Source of the DNA: a virus
Lineage: Duplodnaviria > Heunggongvirae > Uroviricota > Caudoviricetes
DNA length: 12,835 nt
IMG/VR virus record: IMGVR_UViG_2737471853_000001
Location: 1-12,835 of that record
Direction: 5' to 3' (one strand)
Every line of letters starts with the position of its first letter. The first letter of the stretch is position 1. Under the pieces are notes generated by a model, which did no database searches, was not told the origin of the DNA, and saw only the letters and a program-made list of their open reading frames with translations. This document shows, piece after piece, positions 7,269 to 12,835 of the stretch. The position numbers were made by a program, and so were the translations under genes.

Positions 7269-9685
7269 CGCCCTCCTTTTGCCAGATTCCAGACCGCGCC
7301 ACCGGGTGAAAGGTCACGGCCTATCAACTCTCGGTATCGCCGATCAACAAAACTACCTACCTCCCGCCCGAATTGCTCATATCCACCGCTAGCCTGAGTC
7401 TGGGTATTCCCATTGCCATCAATCTGAATACTGACCTGAGGAGCACTACTACCACCCGGTGTTAAGCCTGAGATTCCCATAGCACGCACGCCCAGCGATC
7501 CGTCAGCGGCGCGGGTCAGTGGCATAATAGCCTCCGGCCCAGCCTCCCCCATCAATCCGGCCCCTTTGGCAAAGGCAAACAGTGTTGGAGAGCTGACGAC
7601 AGAGTTACTGTACTGACTGAGATCGGCAGAAGAGTAAACGCCGCCTTTGGCGTTGAATTGCAGGCTCGCCCCGTAGGACTGAATCGCAGTACCGCTGCTG
7701 GCGGAAGACGATGCGGCACCACCGAACAATGAGCCTATCGAGCTGGCTGCATTGGCGATCATCATGTTAACCATCACCTGTTCGATGATTTTCAGAACAC
7801 TGACACCCCAGTCTTTCCAGCTCGCTTTATTGCCGTTGAGCATGTCGACGATATTGCTGCTGATACCGGAAAGCGCGCTTTTCATAGCGTCCGCCGCCAG
7901 CGTCGCATAGTTAGTTGAATCATCTACCCAGTCAGCGAGACCGTCTCTGGCGCCAGTCACCCAGTCAGACTGCAGCGCATCAATTTGACTGTAATAATCC
8001 TCCTGGATGCCCAGCCTCTCAGCTTGCGCATCCTTTAATGCCTGGGTTTCGCGGTCATAAACTGTCTGGCTGATATCTCCTGACTGATACTGCTTTTGCA
8101 GATCGCGCAGCTGATCGAGATAACTGCGCTCTATACTCAGCCTTTCCCTCAGCCTTTCACGCTGCTTGTCACCGAGTCCGGCCCCCTGAATATCCACGCC
8201 CAAATCTGCACGTGCATTCTCGTTCTGCTCCTGCAGATTTGCCACGAACGCCGCTACCTTCGCGTTTTCTTCATTAGCTTTTTTGACGGCATTAAGGCGA
8301 TCAACTTCCTGAGCCAGAGACGCAAGTCGTTTCTTCTGGGTTTCGTTAAGCCCCTGCAACTTGCCGTCAGCTATATCGAACTGCAGTTTTTGCTGCTCGG
8401 TCACCACAGCAGTTTTTTTGCCGGTGGTATCGATCAGCTCAATCTGACGCATGTAACTGCGCTCAGCGCTTTTAAACGCTGAATCCAGTTTCTGACCAGA
8501 GGTATTTTTTTGCGGCTTACCGTTTGTTTCCCCGGCGCCAAGGGTATAGTTTGTTTTGACTGGCTCGGGCAGTTTTATTTCCGGTAGAGTAGATTGGGAG
8601 TTTCTCAAAAAGGCCAGTCGCCTCTGGAGCTCAGCCCTTTCGGCCTCCTTACTGGATACGTCCATACCTATTCTGTTGAAACTCGCCAGTATGCCTTTAT
8701 CATCGAGATCTGCATTCAGGTTCTTGATGCGCCGTTCAATTTCTGGAATGGAGGCATTCAGGCCGACCGAACTCCCACCTTTGTACTGGTCTATCAGCTT
8801 TCCGGCCTCGGCTCCTACCCTTACCAGCCAGGTGGCAAGGTCCACTACCCCACCAACCAGATCAGTCAGACCCTGAATAACAGCCGGGTCTTTAAATACA
8901 TCCCCCATATCTCCAATAGACTTCTGGAGCCCACTCAAATCTACGCTGGCGAGCCCTGCAGCAAGTTCAATTTTGACGCCGTTGACCTGCGTCTCCATAT
9001 CCTCAAACAGGGCGTTGACTCTGACCAGCTTTTCAATATCTGCGTCATCGGGCGCCACACCAAACTTCTTCGCGGCATCCATATACTGACGCAGCTTTTC
9101 ACTGCCATTGTCCAGGAGCGGCAGCATCTTTGACAGGTCATTACCCAGACTCTCCAGGATGGTAGTCTTCTCGGCGTTGGACTTAACTTTCTCCAGTGCG
9201 TCGCTGATAGCCAGGAGTTGCTTGTCGGGAGATTCTCCGGCCAGTTTCTTAGCCGACAAACCCAGAGCGTCCAGCGCACCGACCGCCTCACCAGATTTAT
9301 TAAGAACGGCATCACCGATTTTGTCTCCGACATCTTTAAAGATATCGGCCATCTGATCGCCGGAAACACCTGCTTTTTCTGCAGCATATTGCCAGGCTAA
9401 CAGGGACTGCGTGGACATGTTAAGTGACTTTGCCCAGCGGTCTGATTCGGTAATCTGACGTGAAGTGGTTTTGAGCAGGTTATACCCCGCCACTCCGGCT
9501 CCGATGGCTGCAGCCCCGACTGCTGTTGCGAATCCGGTCATGGCAGCTGCAGCGGCAGCGGCATCCTCCTTTACCTGCTTACGCCATTTTTGTGAAGCTC
9601 GCTCAGCCTGCGAGAGGCCTGAGACAAAACCGCCCACTTTGGCAATCAGGTCGATCGTCAGCGTGCCCAGTGATTTGGAAGCCAT
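7265..9685 (-). CDS. H: Tail tape measure protein (lambda gpH-like), 806 aa
   Basis: Large alpha-helical protein with Ala/Gly-rich hydrophobic segments, immediately downstream of the G/G-T chaperone genes. GGAGAG ribosome-binding site 7 nt upstream of the ATG. Confidence 0.9.
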   Translation of the reverse strand: MASKSLGTLTIDLIAKVGGFVSGLSQAERASQKWRKQVKEDAAAAAAAMTGFATAVGAAAIGAGVAGYNLLKTTSRQITESDRWAKSLNMSTQSLLAWQYAAEKAGVSGDQMADIFKDVGDKIGDAVLNKSGEAVGALDALGLSAKKLAGESPDKQLLAISDALEKVKSNAEKTTILESLGNDLSKMLPLLDNGSEKLRQYMDAAKKFGVAPDDADIEKLVRVNALFEDMETQVNGVKIELAAGLASVDLSGLQKSIGDMGDVFKDPAVIQGLTDLVGGVVDLATWLVRVGAEAGKLIDQYKGGSSVGLNASIPEIERRIKNLNADLDDKGILASFNRIGMDVSSKEAERAELQRRLAFLRNSQSTLPEIKLPEPVKTNYTLGAGETNGKPQKNTSGQKLDSAFKSAERSYMRQIELIDTTGKKTAVVTEQQKLQFDIADGKLQGLNETQKKRLASLAQEVDRLNAVKKANEENAKVAAFVANLQEQNENARADLGVDIQGAGLGDKQRERLRERLSIERSYLDQLRDLQKQYQSGDISQTVYDRETQALKDAQAERLGIQEDYYSQIDALQSDWVTGARDGLADWVDDSTNYATLAADAMKSALSGISSNIVDMLNGNKASWKDWGVSVLKIIEQVMVNMMIANAASSIGSLFGGAASSSASSGTAIQSYGASLQFNAKGGVYSSADLSQYSNSVVSSPTLFAFAKGAGLMGEAGPEAIMPLTRAADGSLGVRAMGISGLTPGGSSAPQVSIQIDGNGNTQTQASGGYEQFGREVGSFVDRRYRELIGRDLSPGGAVWNLAKGGR

Positions 9686-9704
9686 AAACTCTCCGTTGGC
9701 GGCA

Positions 9705-10366
9705 TTATGTCCAGCTGGCTCTGGCTTCCTCTAACGAGATTGGTCCATCAGCAGCTTTGACTTTGGTAAAGTGAAGTGTGAAATCGGTCGGGTTGAATGG
9801 TGGGCGCTTGGGGTCTCTGTTAACGTTGGCTATCATGCTGCTCACCAGCCCGGCACCCCACTCAACCCGCAACATAGGGTTCAGACTCCCGTATCGTTCC
9901 CGGTACTTTGCCCAGAGTTGGGACTCTTTGAATGAGAGGACTTCCCGCGCTTCGGCGATTGTTCTGCCTCCGATTCCGTTGAGGACGAGCTCGCACCAGA
10001 ATTCGTCTTCGGCGCTGAGCTCGAAGTCTTTCCCAGATCGTTAACTTCCTGAATGGCCAGAAGCAGTGCTACCGTCAGGCCGCCATCCAGTGCACCACGT
10101 TCAGGATCTGCCTCACCAGTAATGTCAGCCGGGGTGAAGATGGGTTTACCATGTTCATCGCAGATGGATGCGGCGATACGCCCTGCCACACCATCGACCT
10201 TACCACCAAAAGCCAGCACATCGGACGTTGCTGTGTGATAACCCATCGGGCGAACATACACGGTCGCGGTGATTTTTTTATCGCCTTGCGTCCAGGTGAT
10301 TTCTTTCTCAACCGGGCGACCGGTAAACGCGCCGGACTCCTTGAGTGCATCAAGTGTTAATTTCAT
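9705..10366 (-). CDS. G-T: Tail assembly chaperone G-T fusion produced by programmed -1 ribosomal frameshift (about 220 aa)
   Basis: After a -1 slip on G-GGA-AAG (10028-10034) the new frame is open for 107 codons (GKDFELSAEDEFWCELVLNGIGGRTIAEAREV...EEARASWT) and stops at TAA 9705-9707, 19 nt before the H start. Hand translation from the sequence. Confidence 0.72.
9881..10366 (-). CDS. G: Tail assembly chaperone G (zero-frame product, 161 aa)
   Basis: Sits between major tail protein and tape measure. AGGA ribosome-binding site 8 nt upstream. Contains the slippery heptamer at codons 112-113. The zero frame continues 48 codons past the slip site as a Ser/Thr-rich low-complexity tail. Confidence 0.8.
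   Translation of the reverse strand: MKLTLDALKESGAFTGRPVEKEITWTQGDKKITATVYVRPMGYHTATSDVLAFGGKVDGVAGRIAASICDEHGKPIFTPADITGEADPERGALDGGLTVALLLAIQEVNDLGKTSSSAPKTNSGASSSSTESEAEQSPKRGKSSHSKSPNSGQSTGNDTGV
10028..10034 (-). other. Programmed -1 frameshift slippery heptamer GGGAAAG
   Basis: Plus strand CTTTCCC at 10028-10034 is GGGAAAG on the minus strand, in register xxG-GGA-AAG with G codons 112-113. This is the same heptamer used for the lambda G/G-T shift. Confidence 0.7.
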
Positions 10367-10384
10367 TATTAATCCTGATTAATA

Positions 10385-10400
10385 AGGGCGTTGCCGCCCT
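10385..10400 (-). promoter_or_regulatory. Perfect 6-bp GC stem-loop in the major-tail / G intergenic region
   Basis: Minus strand reads AGGGCG-gcaa-CGCCCT, 4 nt after the major tail stop codon. The following U-tract is weak (TATTAAT), so this is more likely a 3' stabilising hairpin or attenuator than a strong terminator. Confidence 0.35.
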
Positions 10401-10404
10401 GATT

Positions 10405-10905
10405 TTATGGGGTCACGACTTTTGGCACCCATACAGCAGAGCCGGAGCGCTGGATAGATGCAGAAGTAGAAACAACCGTGTTTGCTGCAAAATCAAACGG
10501 GAAGTCGGACACATAGCCTTTGAATACGAACCATGTGCGGCTATCAGGTAGCACCAGGCCATCGACTGCACCGGATGCACCATTTTCAGCCGCAGTTGGC
10601 GATGCGGTTCCGTCTGACCATCCAATCGCGAAGGTCAGGTCCTGATCCTCTTCGTCGTCCGAAATGGACAGGTTGTAGAGCATGATGTGGCTGGTATTTT
10701 TAGGATCAGCGTTAAGCGTCAGTGATGCTGTGCCAGGCGTTCGAAGACCACGCTTATAGCTGCGATCAAAGCGTTCAGAAAGACAGGTGTCTTCAATCTG
10801 GTCAGCCGGATTGCTGCCGGGTGAAAATGCAGTGATACATTCAACTTCGCTCACCTCGCCTTTTACGAGCACAAAGAGCTGCGTACCTTGCGTCAATACA
10901 GACAT
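10405..10905 (-). CDS. Major tail (tube) protein, 166 aa
   Basis: Called by position: directly upstream of the G/G-T chaperone pair and downstream of the DUF3168-like gene. GGAGA ribosome-binding site 6 nt upstream; hairpins flank it on both sides. Family not recognised with certainty from sequence. Confidence 0.7.
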   Translation of the reverse strand: MSVLTQGTQLFVLVKGEVSEVECITAFSPGSNPADQIEDTCLSERFDRSYKRGLRTPGTASLTLNADPKNTSHIMLYNLSISDDEEDQDLTFAIGWSDGTASPTAAENGASGAVDGLVLPDSRTWFVFKGYVSDFPFDFAANTVVSTSASIQRSGSAVWVPKVVTP

Positions 10906-10931
10906 TGTTATCTCCGGTCATAAAAAAACCG

Positions 10932-10953
10932 GCTCAAGGCCGGTTGTTGAATA
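10932..10953 (-). terminator. Terminator-like hairpin plus U7 upstream of the major tail gene
   Basis: Minus strand reads CCGGC-cttga-GCCGG-TTTTTTT (stem 10939-10943 / 10949-10953, U-run 10932-10938), lying between the DUF3168 gene stop and the major tail start. Confidence 0.45.
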
Positions 10954-10959
10954 ATACGT

Positions 10960-11325
10960 TTATCGAGTGACTATCCAGTCAACATCGAATGAGTAGCGAT
11001 AGCGCTTTGTTTCGGGGTCTCTTTCCTGTCCGCCCCAGCGCGTGATATGCGCGTGCGGCTCAATGGCATCCCGCAGCGCAGTAGCCACGGCAATCACTTC
11101 ATCCACGGTGTCGGCATATGCATCCACCTGCAGCGTGAAAAAGTCTGCGTCAGGGCGCTGGGCAATGTAGTTCTCTGGAGAACCGGTGATGTTCTGCCAG
11201 ACCACATAGGGATAGACCACGTTGTCGTCCTGAATTCCGAAAGGATAAATTCTTACCGGATTGCTTCCGAGTAAGTCAGTGACTTCAGGACTCGACGCGC
11301 AAACAGAAAAAATAGGGGCAATCAT
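10960..11325 (-). CDS. DUF3168-like tail completion / tail terminator-type protein, 121 aa
   Basis: Matches the DUF3168 pattern as I recall it: ...RIYPFG..., ...PYVVWQNITG..., ...LQVDAYADT..., ...ATALRDA.... Start overlaps the preceding gene's stop (ATGA). Confidence 0.78.
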   Translation of the reverse strand: MIAPIFSVCASSPEVTDLLGSNPVRIYPFGIQDDNVVYPYVVWQNITGSPENYIAQRPDADFFTLQVDAYADTVDEVIAVATALRDAIEPHAHITRWGGQERDPETKRYRYSFDVDWIVTR

Positions 11326-11870
11326 GCAGTGGTTCCTTTCTTCGTGGCCAGCCTGATAGCGCGATCAATAGCCTTTCCCATTTCCGTAGAAAAAACATTA
11401 ATCACGTCATTATCTACGCCGTTCATTGCAGGTCGGAGGATAGGCCGCGCTGATGTGTGCTCAGTACCAAACTCAAGAAAACGCCAGTACCAGGTATCTC
11501 CTCCTGGATTGCCTTTATCTCCTGAGGTTTTGTATGTTTTACCCGCTCTGCCTTTTCTGACGTTTGCCTTTGTATTTGCATACTGCCTAGCACCGCCCAT
11601 TACCCCGACACGGAATGCCAGATCACCTGTCCTGCGGAATTGCTTGCTGCTGAAGCTGGCGACGATATTTTTGTGGATTGCTTCTTTAGTCAGAGGATCA
11701 TCAACTCGTGACGCGTTGCTTCTGGCCCGATCCCTTATAATGTTTGCCGCCTTACGCAATGCAAACCGACCGGCTTTATTACGGGTGACTTCTGATACGG
11801 CCTCCATTTTCCCAAGAAGTGATTCAAGCCCGGTAAGACTTACCTCAACACTATCAGCCATCATTAACAC
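11322..11870 (-). CDS. HK97 gp10-family head-tail joining / tail component protein
   Basis: Motifs LTGLESLLGKMEA, ALRKAANIIRDRAR and WRFLEFGTEHTSARPILRPAM fit the HK97 gp10 family. The track start (MLMMADS...) overlaps the head closure gene by 17 nt; the true start may be the Met at 11859-11861 (MADSVEV...). Confidence 0.75.
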   Translation of the reverse strand: MLMMADSVEVSLTGLESLLGKMEAVSEVTRNKAGRFALRKAANIIRDRARSNASRVDDPLTKEAIHKNIVASFSSKQFRRTGDLAFRVGVMGGARQYANTKANVRKGRAGKTYKTSGDKGNPGGDTWYWRFLEFGTEHTSARPILRPAMNGVDNDVINVFSTEMGKAIDRAIRLATKKGTTA

Positions 11871-12186
11871 CCTCAGAACAGGGAAGCGTCAGGTATTCAC
11901 GTCCGCTTTTTGGATCGGGCAGAACACCATGGATGTTATACACCGCACCACGAAACAAGATGCGATGTTTTCTGGTAACTCCGGCACGGTAGCGAATAAC
12001 AATACGGGTGGTTATTTCACCCTGAGAAGCCTGCGCAGCAATAAATTCACGCGCTGACAATGGTGAAACTTCGGCCCGGACAGTCGCAACATCTCGCCAG
12101 GTATTAATTACGGCTCCCGTTGTCGGGTTCTGCACTTTTACTGGCTCCTGCAGAGTAATCCTGTGGCGCAATTTCCCGGCCTGCAT
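11854..12186 (-). CDS. Head closure protein (head-tail adaptor, Phage_H_T_join / gpFII-like family)
   Basis: 110 aa, MQAGKLRHRITLQ...WRDVATVRAEV.PLSAREF..AQ......RIVIRYR.....HRILF.G.VYNI.GV.PDP... matches the family pattern. Start is 1 nt after the preceding ORF's stop. Confidence 0.88.
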   Translation of the reverse strand: MQAGKLRHRITLQEPVKVQNPTTGAVINTWRDVATVRAEVSPLSAREFIAAQASQGEITTRIVIRYRAGVTRKHRILFRGAVYNIHGVLPDPKSGREYLTLPCSEGVNDG

Positions 12187-12187
12187 G

Positions 12188-12385
12188 TTACCCCCTGGGT
12201 TTACCGCTCAGATAGGTTTGTTGCTCTGCAGTTTCATCTAGTTCACCAGCCAGCGACTGGATAATGACATCGCAAAGCGCCATATTTGATTCAGCCAGAC
12301 GGCTTATCGCTTCCGTCTGCTCCCTCTGCGCTGTGATTTGTTCCCGTATCACTGCTATCAGTTCGTTTACCAGTTGCTCGTTCAT
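12188..12385 (-). CDS. Small hypothetical protein (65 aa, predicted helical) between connector and head closure genes
   Basis: ORF track; its stop is 1 nt before the head closure ATG (TAA-C-ATG) and it fills an otherwise empty gap in a tightly packed operon. No clear Shine-Dalgarno sequence and no recognised family. Confidence 0.4.
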   Translation of the reverse strand: MNEQLVNELIAVIREQITAQREQTEAISRLAESNMALCDVIIQSLAGELDETAEQQTYLSGKPRG

Positions 12386-12448
12386 AAGCTATTTTTGCCC
12401 ACTTTTTTATCCACTCGCTCCGTTGCGCGCATCCTGAACAGGCCATAT

Positions 12449-12775
12449 TTACACCCCGTAAATTCGGTATGGCTGAAGCAGGGCTTCAACTGCAAACGGG
12501 ACCTCTGCAACGGTCTGACCGACGGCCACTGATTCTCTGTTGGCATACCAGTGACCTATCAGCAATAACATGGCCGCTTTAACATCATCATTCAGTAGAA
12601 TCGGGTCCGGGTCGTCTGCGTAGCCAGGGGAGCTTTGGTTTTCATAGAGCGTTCGCCTTGTCCATGTCTGGACGTAACGCGCCGCCGCACCGGTGTATAA
12701 CGTCAGCAGGGCATCGTCTCCGGAAAAATCGGTATCAATGCGGCAGTGCTGTTTCACCACATCAAGGTCGACCAT
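12449..12775 (-). CDS. gp6-like head-tail connector protein
   Basis: 108 aa; ...VKQHCRID.DFSGDDALLTLYTGAAARYV...AMLLLIGHWYANRE...LLQPYR... fits the Phage_connect_1 pattern. Its ATG overlaps the stop of the upstream gene (TAATG). Confidence 0.85.
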   Translation of the reverse strand: MVDLDVVKQHCRIDTDFSGDDALLTLYTGAAARYVQTWTRRTLYENQSSPGYADDPDPILLNDDVKAAMLLLIGHWYANRESVAVGQTVAEVPFAVEALLQPYRIYGV

Positions 12776-12835
12776 TATTTTTTCGCCTTCTTGTCAGCTT
12801 TTACTTCCGGCTGTACCTGCTGCTGTTCCTGCTGC
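12775..12835 (-). CDS. 3' end of an upstream head-region gene (C-terminus ...QQEQQQVQPEVKADKKAKK*)
   Basis: Hand translation of the minus strand gives an open frame entering from beyond the window end and stopping at TAA 12775-12777, overlapping the connector ATG. Identity (capsid, decoration or other) cannot be determined from 19 residues. Confidence 0.35.
   Translation of the reverse strand, partial: QQEQQQVQPEVKADKKAKK

Noticed and set aside
8096-9400. Several plus-strand ORFs (8096..8482, 8556..8876, 8594..9133, 9108..9356, 9218..9400) and a minus-strand alternate-frame ORF (8941..9387) within the tape measure gene
   Set aside because: All lie inside the tape measure coding region and have no start context or motifs. 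Treated as spurious.
10075-10353. 92-aa minus-strand ORF in an alternate frame of G
   Set aside because: It is not the frame reached by a -1 shift at the slippery heptamer; Arg/Pro-rich translation typical of an off-frame read.
11329-12057. 242-aa plus-strand ORF
   Set aside because: Entirely antisense to the well-supported HK97 gp10-like and head closure genes; low-complexity translation with no recognisable motifs. Most likely a chance open frame in GC-rich antisense.
1-12835. Searched for CRISPR repeats, tRNA/rRNA genes, integrase or att sites, toxin-antitoxin pairs and recognisable defence-system genes
   Set aside because: None found. The window is almost fully occupied by co-oriented structural genes. 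The only short repeats seen are the in-frame TETEAR repeats in J and the intergenic hairpins.

Overview
The whole window reads as one minus-strand late-gene (virion morphogenesis) block of a lambda/HK97-like siphovirus, most likely a prophage in an enterobacterial genome. Gene order, transcribed from high to low coordinates, is: 3' end of an upstream head-region gene, gp6-like head-tail connector, a small 65-aa ORF, head closure protein, HK97-gp10-like protein, DUF3168-like tail completion protein, major tail protein, tail assembly chaperones G and G-T (with a lambda-type GGGAAAG -1 frameshift site), tape measure protein (H-like), M, L, K, an inserted lipoprotein gene, I, the 1265-aa host specificity protein J, then two small unknown ORFs downstream of J. 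Genes are tightly packed with many stop/start overlaps (ATGA, TAATG). All family assignments come from recognising motifs and gene order in the supplied translations; no database search was run. I do not see a CRISPR array, tRNA/rRNA gene, integrase, attachment site or a recognisable multi-gene defence system. The best candidates for something non-core are (i) the low-GC lipoprotein gene with its own terminator between K and I, and (ii) the two translationally coupled unknown ORFs after J. Stem-loop plus U-tract elements sit immediately upstream of the major tail, I and J start codons.
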